Shown: positions 38,436 to 51,720 of the stretch, piece by piece | Numbering within the stretch: position 1 is the first letter of the stretch | Layout of the letters: each line of letters opens with the position of its first letter | NCBI RefSeq assembly: GCF_004010195.1 | Contig: NC_057719.1 | Coordinates: forward strand, 53,687,282-53,751,281 | Direction of reading: 5' to 3' | DNA from: Chiloscyllium plagiosum | Lineage: Eukaryota | Length of the DNA stretch: 64,000 nucleotides | The notes under the pieces: model-generated | The model's input: the letters and a program-made list of their open reading frames with translations, nothing else | What the model was told of the DNA's origin: nothing | Databases searched by the model: none | Translations under genes and position numbers: made by a program

Positions 38436-39380
38436 GGACTGGTCCTCCTGGGAGCAGATGCGGCGGAGACGAAGGAATTGGCGTTTTTACAGGGGGCAGG
38501 ATGGGAGGAGGTGTAGTCTAGGTAGCTGTGGGAGTCGGTTGGTTTGTAGTAGATGTCCGTGTTGATTCGGTCGTCTGAGATAGAAACAGAAAGGTCTAGG
38601 AAGGGGAGGGAGGAGTCCGAGACTGTCCAGGTGAATTTGAGGTCTGGGTGGAAGGTGTTAGTGTAGTGGATGAACTGTTCAACCTCCTCGTGGGAGCACG
38701 AGGTAGCGCCGATACAGTCATCAATGTAGCGTAGGAAAAGATGGGGGGTGGGGCCAGTGTAGTTGTGGAAGATGGATTGTTCCACATACCCTACGAAGAG
38801 GCAGGCATAGCTGGGGCCCATGCGGGTGCCCATGGCTACTCCTTTTGTTTGGAGAAAGTGGGAGGATTGGGAAGAAAAGTTGTTCAGGGTGAGGACCAGT
38901 TCGGTCAGTCGAAGGAGGGTGTCGGTGGAAGGGTACTGGGTGGTACGGCGGGAAAGGAAGGAGCGGAGTGCTTTGAGTCCTTCGTGATGGGGGATGGAGG
39001 TGTACAGGGACTGGATGTCCATGGTGAAGCTGAGGCGTTGGGGACCGGGGAAGCGGAAGTCCTGGAGGAGGTGGAGGGCGTGGGTGGTGTCACGAATGTA
39101 GGTGGGGAGTTCTTGGACTAATGGGGACAGGACCGTGTCGAGGTATGCAGAGATGAGTTCGATGGGGCAGGAGCAGGCTGAGACAATGGGTCGGCCGGGG
39201 CAGTCAGGTTTGTGGATTTTGGGCAGGAGGTAGAAGCGGGAGGTGCGGGGTTGTGGGACTATGAGGTTGGAGGCGGTGGATGGGAGATCACCCGAGGTGA
39301 TGAGGTTATGGACGGTCTGGGAGATGATGGTTTGGTGGTGGGGGGTGGGGTCCTGGTCAAGGGGGCAGTAGGAGGAGGTA

Positions 39381-39549
39381 TCTGCGAGCTGGCGTTTGGC
39401 CTCAGCGGTGTAGAGGTCGGTGCGCCAAACTACTACCGCGCCTCCCTTGATCTGCGAGCTGGTGTTTGGCCTCAGCGGTGTAGAGGTCGGTGCGCCAAAC
39501 TACTACCGCGCCTCCCTTGTCTGCGAGCTGGCGTTTGGCCTCAGCGGTG
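39381..39549. repeat. 69-70 bp tandem duplication (about 2.4 copies) at the PLE 5' junction
   Basis: tctgcgagctgg starts at 39381, 39451 and 39520. Confidence 0.95.
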
Positions 39550-42500
39550 CAAATACTTTGCGTACCTTGCCAGAAAGACAAGTGCCCCACAGCCATTACG
39601 GCGATTAGGGAAGGGTCTGGAAACCTAACATGTGATTCTAAAAAGATTGAGGTGGCATTCCAGAGATTCTACTCTAAGTTATATCCATCCGAGGATTGTG
39701 AGAAGAGGCAGGCCAAAATGGAATCCTTTCTTAGGGATCTGAAGCTCCCAGGTGTGACGCCCGAACAACAGTCCTTTCTCAATGCCCCATTATCAGAACA
39801 AGAAATGCAGGAAGCTGTGAGGCAGCTTCAGCATGGAAAGGCGCACGGTCTTGACGGATTTCCCAGTGAATTCTATAAGAATTTATAAGTATACTGTCAG
39901 GCTTGATGCTCAATGTGTTTAATGATTCATACAGTCATGTTTGTCTCCCACCATCTCTGAAAGAGGCCAATATTTCACTTATCCTTAAAAAAGGGAAAGA
40001 CCCGGAAGACTGTGCTTCATACAGGCCCATCTCGCTCTTAAATGTGGACTTTAAGATCCTCTCTAAGACTCTCACATTAAGGCTGGAGACTGTGTTTCCT
40101 TTTATTATTAAAGAGGATCAGACAGGCTTTATAAAGGCTCGCAGATTCTCCAATAATGTTAGGAGACTGCTTAATGTAATTCAAGCATGCCAACAGCAGT
40201 CAATACAGAGACTGGTGATTTCTCTAGATGCAGAGAAGGCATTTGAATGAGTTGATTGGCCATACCATTTCTATACTCTAGACTGGTTGGTTTGGGTGAA
40301 GTCTTCATAAGATGGGTAAACGTTGGCAACGGTGGCCCTCTCGCAGCAGTCATCATCAACGGGGTATGATCAACCAATTTTAATATTTTTAGGGGCAGCT
40401 GTCTGGGCTGTTCCCCTTTCACCATTGCTTTTTATGTTGGTGATTGTACCATTGACGGAAGCCATTCATGGGGACCAAATATATCAGCTCCAGAAGTGGG
40501 GTCAAAATTACATAAGATTTTGTTCTATGCAGATGATGTCCTAATTTTGTTGACAAATCCAGCAGTTTCAGTGCCTCACCTGATGCAATGCATTCATGCG
40601 TTTGGCGCTTTTTCGGGGTTCAAGATTAATTTTGTGAAATCAGAGGCTATGCCCATGGGTGGTCTTACGAAGGAATTAGCTCTTGAGGGTGATTATAGAT
40701 TCCCATTTAGGTGGTCACAGGGAGGGTTTGTGAATTGGTCATATTCATTACTCCAGTTCTGAATCGGCTGTTCAAAGCCAATTTTATCCAATTATTTGGA
40801 AAAATTAAACAAGATCTTCAAAGATGGGAGGCACTTCCAGTCTCGTGGTTGGGTCGGATAGCGCTTATTAAGATAAATATTATCCCCCGTTTACTATGCC
40901 CTATACAGATGCTCCCCCTGATTTTCAATAAGCAAACTCTCAGGAGGCTGAGCTCCTTTATTTGGCATCATAAGTGGCCCCTCATTAAATTAGCCAAACT
41001 GCAACTGCCTTACAGATTGGGGGGAGTAAGACCTTACAGACATTAAAAATGACCAATTAAGCTCGTTTTTGTTCTACGTGAGTTTGTGATTGAATTTGTG
41101 GAGATCCTCTTTCAATATGGCGAGATACCGAAGCCTCCTAGGCAGGGTGGCCCCTTACCAGTTTGCTGTTTTTGGACAAAATGAGGACAGTTAGTGAATA
41201 TTGCCATAACCCAATAGTTATCAATACTGTTAAAGCATGGAGGGCAATTCGGCAGAGGGAAGGCAATATTGGAAAAACATCTTTGTTTACACCTTTAGTA
41301 GTTATGCCAGGTTTTCAACCAGGGATGATAGATTCAGGATTTAAACGTTGGGCTGCTAGGGGTTTGTCTTACATGGGCGATTTACCTGAGGGAGACGTAA
41401 TGATGTCCTTTGATCAGTTAGTGCGGAAGTATAAGTTATCTAATAGAGACCTCCTTCGTTTTTTCCAGTTAGGGATTTTATTGAAAAAAAGATCACACTT
41501 TTGACTGATCTCTTCAAATCTGACATAGAGAAGGGGGGGACTAAGTACTAAGAGTACACTTTCTGTCAGTACTTTATATCATCAATTGGGCGTGGCCTCT
41601 CAGATGAGTTTGATCCACTCTGCAAGATGTGGGAAAGAGAGCTGGATGCTGATGTCTCCTCAGAGGCATGGGACGATATTTGGGAGATTGCAAGGAAGAT
41701 ATTAATTTGCAATAGGACCCACGCTTTACAGTTGAAAATTACCCACAGGGTCCATTTGGCTCTGGACCATTTGTCAAAATTTAAACCAGAGGTATCTCCA
41801 GCATGTCCCAAGTGCAAGGTCTGCATGGGCACTCTTACCCATTGTCTCTGGTCTTGCGATAGGCTTCAAACATATTGGAAAGCAATGGAGAGGACTTTGG
41901 GTGTCGGGGTGGAGAAGAACCCTATCTCTCTCCTTTTGGGCTTGCCCACTGTATTTCCTGCAGATGCGCATAAGAAAAAAAACTTTTCAATATTCTCACA
42001 TTCTGTGCAAGAAAGAATATCTTGCTAGGTTGGACACCCCCCGGGCCTGTCGGGTTGGCGGAAGATTGTTATGGAGCACATTCCCCTGGATTTTCTCACA
42101 AATATGGTACACCACAAAACTGAGAATTTTTACAAGACATGGCAGCACTTTTTGGAATACCTGGACACAGATTTATTTGCCACACTAACAAGGGCTTTTA
42201 TATAGCCGTAACAATTGTGTTTTACGAGTCCAATATCCGGGGAAGAGGAACTGTGAACGTATGAGCGTTTTGTTTGGCTGGGCTGAGTTATTACTATTTA
42301 TTAGTTTGTTGTTGGTTATTATTTATTTAGTTAAATGGCCAGTTTGTTTTTTTAATATATTTTTCTATTTTTTTTATACATTTGTACATGAGGGTATGTC
42401 GGGGATTTTTTTTTATTTTGTTTTTTTTGTACTGTTTTGAATTGTATTGTTTTGTACTTGTTGTAATATTTAAAATCTGTTTATTCAATAAAAATATATT

Positions 42501-44394
42501 TTTAAAAAGTGTCAAACACATGTTTGAATTATTATTGCCTGATTTGTGCTACTGTCCATTTTACTCGATATAATGTTCTTTCTCTAGCAATTTTCTGCAC
42601 CGATATGAGTTGTAATCCTTTATGCTAAGACCTTCTACATTTCTGAAATTTGCATCAATGATTAAATACATGCACTTTATGAAACTTAAGATAGAAACAA
42701 TGTGCATTTGAATTCTGTTTTTGCTAAAAGCAGCTGTGTGCAGTGGGTACCTTGTTAATGTACACTTCTAAAGGTCAATGAACTAAAAGCAAAAGGCGGG
42801 AGGTGGGCAGTACTCAAATTAAAATTCATGAGGTAACTACTCAGTGGCTGGCCATATTAATGCTTACGCTAAGGTATAAATATACTCCATTGGATCATCT
42901 GACCAAAAACAGCCATTATGCAGTGGAAAGAGACAAAAAGGCTGTAGCTTTAGCAATGCAAAGGATAATTGCTGCCTGTATCAGGTTGGAATTTATTGGT
43001 AGACAGGTAAACAGAATCATTGAATATGTGTTAACTAGAATAATAACAGTGATACTCAGACAAGCAAATGGTTGGCCTGCTGAAAAGATAACGATAATAA
43101 TTATAATTCAGTTGACCGCAGTCATGGCATAAACATGCTTAAATTATATTCTGGATAAAAATAAAGCATTCAGCACTCTATAGGAATTACTACTAACAAA
43201 TCACATCCCCAGAGACATAGTAAATGAATAATGAACAAAACCCCAAAAACTGTTCAAAAATTTTTATTATTAAAAAAAATCAGTATCCTTGTTATCATGC
43301 AAAATATTTAATTATTTAGTATGCAAGAGTTGAGAGGATGAACGGTATGTTATGTTCCTTAAATTACCTCGATTTTGCCTTGGGGCTGAAAACATGTTTT
43401 TCCGCAAAATGGTATCAATCTGACTTTGGTTTGAAATTAATGGCCCTCTAACAGAATATTTGAGCTGTCCAATTGCCAGAAAATATTGTGAATAATTGTC
43501 AGCAAGTCATGATGCAAGCACAATAATGTGATCCGTTATCAACCCTCAAGTAATCGAAATGCCACCTATAAAGGGAAGAACTGTCGAAAGCTACCTGTCA
43601 TGAAGGACAAAGTTATAGTGAAAATTAACTGAATACCAGAGAAAATACCAATTTTGCCACACTCAGCTCCTTTATGGATCTCCTCACTGTTTTAGGAACA
43701 CAGTACTATGCATTCTTTCACAGTGACAAACAAAGGAATATATTCAAGACTTGTGCCTATTTTGAACTACTTGGAAGCAGAAGGAGCCTCCAGATTCTCA
43801 TTGTTTTCTCCATGGCAACTCATCGGTACTCTTTCCACCTCAATTGTTCAGATGGCTGAACTTTTGGCATTCTTGCATTTTCCTAATGGGTATAAGATGA
43901 AAAGCTTCAACAATATGTTTTTCCTTTCAGCAATATTCAAGTTTGAAATCTCTCTTCAAAATTCAGTTTCAAATGGTAGCAAATAAAGATGTTATTTTTC
44001 AACAAATAAGTTAGTTTCTGCGTGGTTTCCACATTGACTTCCTACTCCTACAACCACAGCAGTAAAATAAAAATGACTTACAATTTTGGGATTCTTTCAG
44101 CTCCAGCCTCTTCCTTGCTGGATGGGCAAAGCTTTACTATTGCTTTAGCTGTCTAGTGAAAAATAGAGATGGGTTCCAGTCACTGCATATTCACAAGAAT
44201 TTAAAACAGATGTTCTTGCTGCTTGCAAAGGCAGGTCATTTGAGCTGATGCTGATTAGTTTCCAATTACAATATCTCTAGATTAGACAAACACATTTCCA
44301 AATCACATTATCCATATGTTTGTGTTAAAAGAGAAGAAAACACGAATATGAAATTATAATGAGCACTCTCCTATGCTACAGAAAGAAAAGAGAA

Positions 44395-44790
44395 AGAAAA
44401 CAGTGGCATTTATATAACATATTTTGAAACTTCATGTGATCCAAACTGCCTTACAACCAATTAAATAGTTACTTTTGAAATATAGTTGGAATGTAAGTGA
44501 AAACAGTTACTGATGTGAATCTGGTTAGGTCCATATCAGTTCTATTTGAATCTGGTTTGGTTTGTGTGACTCCAATTCGTTCCATTGGAATCTACTTCGA
44601 CCCATTGAATCCAGCGAGATCAAGGACTTGGTTACATTATGCAGGTTGCAATGCAATATTGACCAAATGATTAGTATAATGTTAATTGAATGATAAATGT
44701 TCATTAGTTTTCTTAAACGGTATCATGGACTTATTTTAGATTCACCTGAAAAAGTAGACAGACTGTCTGCTTAATGTGTGGCATTTTAAT
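44395..44790 (-). mobile_element. DeuSINE-like element, decayed
   Basis: gcatttatataacatattt...ccaaactgccttacaaccaatt...acttttgaa is the reverse complement of the tail type seen at 6990-7062. Confidence 0.5.
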
Positions 44791-44957
44791 ACAAAAGTTG
44801 AGGATCTCAATCACTGACTAGAAAGCTGACCAAACACACCTGTCAGCTCACCCGTGGAAAGACCAGTGGTATTGTAGCTCCTGAAATCTGTTAGTCTGTC
44901 CATTTTAGGCAGCATGGGGGAGTGCAGTGGCATCTACCAGCAATGAACATGGAGAGA

Positions 44958-45390
44958 GGTCTAAGAGTACTCAGCCCAAGTTTTTTCCCCAGAGATTGAG
45001 AAATGTGATGGGTGATTTGAATGAAGTTTGTAATGATCTTGCAAGGTGGATGTGAAGACAAGGTTTCCTCTTGTGTATGAATCTAGACACAGGGGATACT
45101 TTCAGACAATTAGGGGTAGCCATTGTATGACTGAGATCAGTAGAAGTTCTTTTCTATCAGAGAGTTGTGTGACTCTGGAACTCTCTGCCTCAGAAGACAG
45201 TTGAAGCGGGGTCATTAAATATTTTTAAGGTAGAAGTAGATCATTTTTTAGTCATCAAGGGAATCAAAACTTATCGGGAGAATTAGGAATTCTGAGCACA
45301 AAGAGATCAGCCATTATCTTACTGAATAACAGAGCAGGTTCGAGGGGCATAATGGTTGACTTCTGCTCCCGACTTGTATATTTGTATGAC
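44958..45390 (+). mobile_element. CR1-type LINE 3' fragment
   Basis: ttctatcagagagttgtgtgactctggaactctctgcctcag; tail tcgaggggcataatggttgacttctgctcc. Confidence 0.75.
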
Positions 45391-45689
45391 TAACATTTGA
45401 GCATGTTATTTAAAGTATAATTGGATAAATATTTGAATAGTAAAAGTGATGGGTGGATACAATGAAACTGCCAGAGTTTGGAAGTAGTTTGGAACAGAGA
45501 AAATGCTGGGACTATCTTCTGAAGATGATGTCTGACCTAATTAATATTTTCATCTTTTTTTTAAATAGAACCTGCAGTGTTTTGTTTTTGTGTGGAAATA
45601 GAGTAAGTAGATCTAGATGGGTTAAATGGTCTCCTCTTCTACTGTCAACTCTATGACTAAATGAATTGCACACTCCATAGCTGGAGAAA

Positions 45690-46360
45690 AAAGATTCAAT
45701 AAGGTAGAAGACAGAAGATGGTGGTGGAGGGCTGTTTTTCAGAATGGAGGCCTGTGACCAATGGAGTGCCACCAGGATTGGTGCTGGGTCCTCTACTTTT
45801 TGTCATTTATAGAAATGATTTGGATGCGAGCATAAGAGGTACAGTTAGTAAGTTTGCAGATGACACCAAAATTGGAGGTATAGTGAACAATGAAGAAGGT
45901 TACCTCAGATTACAACAGGATCTTGATCAGATAGGCCAGTACTGTAGAATGGGACTATACTCATTGGAATTTAGAAAAACAAGGTAGAATATTATAGAAA
46001 TATATAACATTATGAAGGGAGTAGATAAGATAGAAGCAGGGTGGTTGTTTCCAATGGCAGAGGAAACTAGAGCAAGAGGGCATAGCCTCAAAGTAAGAGG
46101 GAGCAGATTCAGGACTGAGTTGAGGAGGAACTTCTTCTACGGAATTCCTGCCCAGCGAAGCAATTGAGGCTACCTTGTTGAATGTTTTTAAGGAAAAGAT
46201 AGATTGATTTTTGACCAGTAAAAGAATTAAGGGTTATGGTGAGCAAGTGGGTAAGTGGAGCTCAGTCCATGAAAAGATCATCCATAATCTTATTGAATGA
46301 TGGAGCAGGTTCAAGCGGTCAGATGGCCTAGTCCTGCTCCTACTTCTTATTTTCTTATAG
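45690..46360 (+). mobile_element. CR1/HER1 RT fragment joined at about 45940 to the 3' end of another CR1 subfamily
   Basis: NGVPPGLVLGPLLF...KFADDTKIGG...DLDQIGQ, then GLYSLEFRK and tail agatggcctagtcctgctcctacttctta. Confidence 0.85.
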
Positions 46361-47317
46361 CCATAGTATTTATATGCACAGACCAGTTATGTTTCTGATC
46401 AATGGAAAAATTCAAAATGTGGATGGTAGGGCTTCAGCAATCATAATGCCATTGAATATCAAGCATTTTTGGTTAGATTCTCTAATGTTGGAGATGATCA
46501 GTTGTGTGGTGAATATTATTTACCAGTTGTCATACCACTTCAGAATGTTGCCCAGGTCTTCCAGTATGTCGGCAAAGACTGTTTCAGTATCCATGGAGTC
46601 TGAAATGGGACTGAACATGATTGTTGCTTTATACCTTTGTTGCACCACTTCATATGCACAATTCTCTATTTACAATTGAAGTAGCAGAGTTTAAGGAATT
46701 AAATTACAGAGAGCTTCATTACATTCTATTATTGTCTTATTGTGAAATGCATATATTTTGTTGGCTGCTGCAATTATTCTTAGTTGCAAGCATCATGCAC
46801 TTTTGATAAATTTTCTCAATTAAAATAGTTTGTGAATCTTGGGTAATCCGTAGATTTTTATTATCCTACCTGCAGACAAAGGATGCTTGAGAGTCATTCT
46901 AAATTGAATAGACTACATTGAAAAAGTGGGCACATTACTTACAGATACCAACACTTACCAACAAGTGGTGATAGACCTGACCCCACGAGTAGAGAACTGA
47001 ATCACAGCTCTACTCAAAAGACTTCAGAAATCCAGAGAAATAAATAAGACCGACTTCCAAAAAATGAAACCAGATGAATCCAACATGCCACACTTCTACA
47101 GATTACCCAAAATTCACAAACCAGGAGCCCCCCTCAGACCCATAGTCTCGCTACCTGGAACACCAATTTACGGATTGGCCAAGGAGCTAAACCAAAGACA
47201 AAAACACTTAGTAGAAGACTCACATCACTCCATCCACTCCACCCAAGAATTCCTGAAGACCATCAAAGACACTAAGATAGAAGAGGATGAAATAATGGTC
47301 TCCTTTGATGTAACAGC

Positions 47318-47408
47318 TGAAAATGTGTTGCTAGAAAAGCGCAGCAGGTCAGGCAGCATCCAAGTAGCAGGAGAATCGACGTTTCGGACATGAGCCCTTC
47401 TTTAGGTT
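47318..47408 (-). mobile_element. PLE-terminal insert (family of 37798-37921) nested in the Poseidon-type RT
   Basis: ctgaaaatgtgttgctagaaaagcgcagcagg...aatcgacgtttcggacatgagcccttc; host RT sequence after SFDVT is missing. Confidence 0.8.
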
Positions 47409-48423
47409 TCCTTACCATACACATCACTTTCAACAATAAAACCTACAGACAAACCAACGGAACACCCATGGGTTTCCAATATCAGGGTTCTTAGCAGAGG
47501 CAGTAATGCAGAGACTCGAAAAAACAGCTCTGCCAAGCATTCAATCCAAATTTTGGATCTGCTACATGGCTGACACCATTGTCATCTCTTTGCGAAACAA
47601 GTTAGAGGAAACCTTCAAGACTATCAAGAATACCCTTACTGGCATAAAATTCACTAAAGAGGAGGAAAACAATAACAAACTGCCATTCCTAGATGTCACA
47701 GTAGAGCAAACAGCCAATGGGGAACTTCAAACCAGCATCTACAGGAAAACAACACATACAGACCAAGTATTGAACTACAGAAGCAATCACCCCAACACCC
47801 ACAAATGAAGCTGCATCAGAACATTATTCCAATGAGCTACCATATGCTGCAGCACAGAGGAACTATGCAGAGCAGAGAAAAATCACCTATACAGTGTATT
47901 CAAAAAGAACAGATACCCCATGAACACAGTCCGCAGATTTCTCAGCAACAAACCCAAACAAGCAGACAAAACACATCCGGTAACCCTAACCACTCTCCCC
48001 TACATCAAAGACATCTCATAAATGGCTGTCAGACAACTCAGATCCCTTGGCAACATGGTAACCCACAAACCCACCAACACACTTAAACAGCAGCTAATGA
48101 ATTTGAAATACCCTCTACAGACAACAAGCAAAACTAATGATATTTACAAAATACCGTGCAAGACTAACAAACACTACATTGGACAAGCAGGCAGAAAACG
48201 AGCCACCAGGATACATGAACACCAACTGACCACAAAATGAAATGACCCTCTCTCACTAGTATCCTCACATACAGATGAGGAAGAACATCACTTCCACTAG
48301 GACAACACATTCATTCTAGGACAAGCCAAACAGAGAATTCCTAGAAGCTTAGCATTCCAACCAGAACTCTATCAACAAATACATCGAGTTAGACCCCATC
48401 CACCACCCCCTCAGAAAAAGAAC

Positions 48424-48478
48424 AGGAAATGACATCACCACAGGAAATGACATCACCATGGGAAATGACATCACTAAC
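48424..48478. repeat. 18-bp tandem repeat x3 (aggaaatgacatcaccac)
   Basis: Directly visible in the PLE 3' region. Confidence 0.85.
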
Positions 48479-49949
48479 CCCCAAAACCCCAAACATATAA
48501 ATAGAATTCAGGAATTATCAACAGTGCTTCGCCCGGAGGCCCACTGAAGATATTATCGAGTAGGATGACAAAACATTTGGAAATGTACCTTCCAGCTCAG
48601 CGAGCAAATCTACATCCAGAACCTCAATCTGAGCTACAAATCTTCTCAAATCTCGCTAAGTTTAAACGTTTCCTAGAGTCTGGTGTTAATTCAACTGATT
48701 TAAATATATCTTAAGTTGTCGTTCCATTAAAATATCAAATAGATTATTGTTTGGGTTGGTGTGCTTTACAATACTACTTTCCTTCCCTCTCCATATAGTT
48801 TAAATTCAGGCCATGACTGAAATCTCTTTCTAAAGGTTTCTTAATCTTTCAGAATAATTTGTTGAAGAAAGTAAATGTCATAATGACAGAATGGTCCAAA
48901 TTGTCTGCTTTCAGAGCAGCGCAATCTGGACCTGAGCTTGTGTCAGGCTTCTGCAGGTGACCTGGCATACACACTTGCAATGTATTTATCTGGGAAGGGA
49001 AAACTCTGGGTGGATGGTTTTCAATCTCACAGAACCTCTGTGATTGTCTCGAACACTGAGCTAAGGCTCAGATATTTGGTTTAGGTATGTGGAACTGACA
49101 AGTTACTTTCCTAAGAAATGCTTTGCTGGCTAATACCTGGTTTAACTCAGAATAAATAAACTGAGCTCATCTGAAAACATTTCAGTTTGATAGCTGACTT
49201 GATAAATTAACTGCTTTTTTGAACAAAGCATCTGTTTTAAAAAGAACATCTTGATATTTTACTTGAAAAATTTGTTTTAAATTGCTTAGAATTCTGGGGC
49301 GTATGGAGGTGATTGATTTTATGATAGTTAGCATTATTGATGAGGATGTAACATTGGTTGTACAACTTCTCTGTAGTTAAAAGGGTGTATCATTGGCTCA
49401 CACAATGAAATGTTCATTTCTGGAGCCCAGAGAAAATGAGCTGGACATTTGTTTAGGCTACATGACTTTAAGGTGGGGTGATACCTGATGATACCCTCAT
49501 CTTAAGCCAATAGAAAGTTAATCTGAATCAATTCCCAGTAGGTGATAAGACACCTTCAAAATTAAGAATATATGATGGCAGAATACTTGATGGCAGTGTT
49601 TTACCATTCCTTCTGTAATGTAGTTCTTATGAGATTCAATTTAACATAAAGTTACCTTAGAGAGACGAGAATAAAAACACCGCCTATGCTGGCAACAGTC
49701 AAATAAAAAACCTGAGCCTTGCAGGATACCAAGTTTCTATGTTGCCTTTTTGCACATACATTAAATATTTATAAAAGGTTGCTTAATAAATTCCAATTAA
49801 TTCATTATTACGAGTTGTTAGTACCTTGTTAGGTCAAGCACAACTGAGGACCCCTTTGTCATCAATTAAGATTTTATAACTTAGCTAAGAGTATTTGCAG
49901 AATTAAAAAAAACCCTATGGTGCAGAAAAACCCTATCCAGCTGATGGTG

Positions 49950-51720
49950 CTTGTACCAGCTCATTAAATAAGCATCCTCGCCTGGTGCCTTTTCCCCATC
50001 GTGTTGCACATTATTTTATCCAAATTACCTCTTGAATGCCTCAAATGAACTTGCACCCACTAGTTTCCCAGGCAGTATATTCCATACCCTAATTCTTTGC
50101 TTCTTGTGTAAATCTAATCTTTAAATCCATGGCCTCTTTTCTGATTCCTTTAACAAGCAGAAACAGTTTCTACTCTATCCAGACCACCCATGATTTTGAA
50201 AACCTCTATAAGATCTCTTCAGCCTTCTTCTCGAAGGAGAGTAGTTCCAATTCTTTAATCCATTCTCAAAACTGAAGACCCTCTTTCCTGGAACGTCAGA
50301 GGGTCCAAACATAGAAACAATCTGGCAAGAACTAAGGAACAAAAAGGATTCCATGTAGCCCATTCACCACTAATTAGAGAAAAGTATGTAGAAGAACAAA
50401 TCTGCAGGAAAATTACAGACAGCTGCCAACATTACAACGTAGGAATAAAGGGAATCTTCAGTTATCTAAACATAACATGAGATACTTGTAATTTACGGGA
50501 CATCAAGGGACAAATGTTCCTAGTTCCAACTGCATCTCCAAGTATTGTATGAAAACTGGTCTTTTCCTCAACTATTCTCCCTTGGCTCCCATGCCCCTCT
50601 TGGAAATTTACTCTAAAGCTTTCCAACACTACTAACAAAACATCCTGCAAAAAAACACAGCCCAGCGCTGTTCAGGTGTAATCTATCCAGATTGTGCAGC
50701 TGCCATTTTCCCCAGAGCCAGCCTGATGTTCCAAGAATCTAAAATCCTCTTCCTGTACCATCTTTCCTGCCACTCACTCATCTGCCTTATCCTTCTATTT
50801 CTGGACTCACCTGCTTGTGGCACTGGGAAGAATCCAGAGATTTGAAGTCCTTCTTGTTAACTTTGTACCAAGCTCCCTAAGTTCCAATTACAGGGCAATC
50901 TTCCCTTTCCCACCAACTTGTTGGTACCAATATGGACTATGAAATCTGGCTGATCTCTTTAGAACAACGCCTTGTAGACACTCTGTGATATCCTGGACTC
51001 TGGCAGCAAGGATGCAATATACCATCCGAGAGTCACATTGGCAGCCAAAGAAATGCTATCCAGTCCCCTAATTAATAAATGTTCCCATCACTACTGCTCA
51101 TCCTTTCTTCTGCTCCGTCTCCTCCTTTACAGCTAAGCTACTTGCAGAGCCACAAATGTGTGTTCTCTGCTGGAGAACCGGTGCCCTCATCAGTTTCCAA
51201 AACAGAAAACTGATTTGTGAGTGTAATTCCAGGGGATTTGTGCACTATTTGCCTGTTTCTCTTGGATTGCCTGGTGGTCACCCAGTCCAATTCTTTCTCT
51301 AGGCTCTTAAGTTGAGGTGTGACCAACTCTCTGAAGGTGCTAGCCACGTAATTGCCAACCTCACAGATGAGCCCCGATGTCTCTAGTTTCGTTCAAGCTT
51401 TGCACTTCAAAACGTCCCTCATCTATAATGGCATAACATAGGGCTCAACGTTGAGCATGGTTAAACCCAAACAGCTAGTTGTAAAATCAATTTTCAACTC
51501 TAATTAGAGGAAAGGGTGTAGAAGAACAAATCTTCAGGGAAATTACAGAGAGATGCCAATATTATAGCATAGTTTAAAGAGAACTTTCAGTTATCCAACT
51601 ACAAACATGCTACTTATATTGCAACAAGGGCAAGTGTTCTTGGGGTTACATACAGGAGAGCTTCCTAGAGCAGTATGTTCCCAACTGATCAAGAAAGGGT
51701 GCATTGTTAGCTTTCTTAAT
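49950..51720. mobile_element. Cluster of old CR1-type fragments in mixed orientation
   Basis: 3' fragment on minus (about 49950-50290), endonuclease-region fragments on plus (about 50300-50520 and 51495-51700), ORF1-like segment on minus (about 50640-51390; WVTTRQSKR...TLTNQFSVLET). Confidence 0.55.

Larger units (their letters stand above)
37798..39548 (-). mobile_element. Young 5'-truncated Penelope-like element (probably Neptune-type) nested in L1 ORF2
   Basis: 16-bp TSD gcaaatactttgcgta (37782-37797, 39549-39564); open RT frame ADKGG..., FYLLPKIHK...GRPIVS, MDIQSLYTSI, GVAMGTRMGPSYA, RYIDD; CpG-rich. Confidence 0.93.
36668..42205 (+). pseudogene. L1 ORF2 (APE endonuclease, RT, cysteine-rich domain), many frameshifts, interrupted by a PLE
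   Basis: TWNIKG, LLQETH, GGDFN, SDH, YRPISLLNVDFKI, SLDAEKAF, FYADD, CPKC...HCLWSC. Confidence 0.92.
35111..42505 (+). mobile_element. Full-length decayed L1/Tx1-clade LINE
   Basis: 15-bp TSD aaagtgtcaaacaca (35096-35110, 42506-42520), 5' caagatggtggcg, ORF1, ORF2, T-rich 3' UTR and aataaa at 42487. Confidence 0.95.
46865..48658 (+). mobile_element. Penelope-like element (probably Poseidon-type), RT plus GIY-YIG, decayed
   Basis: ADKG, FYRLPKIHKPGAPLRPIVS, SFDVT, GTPMG, LPFLDV, YRKTTHTDQVLNY, and GIY-YIG-like IYKIPC...YIGQAGR...RIHEH. Confidence 0.92.

Noticed and set aside
37802..38565. Long plus-strand ORFs of about 240 aa
   Set aside because: They are mostly N-gap translated as X.
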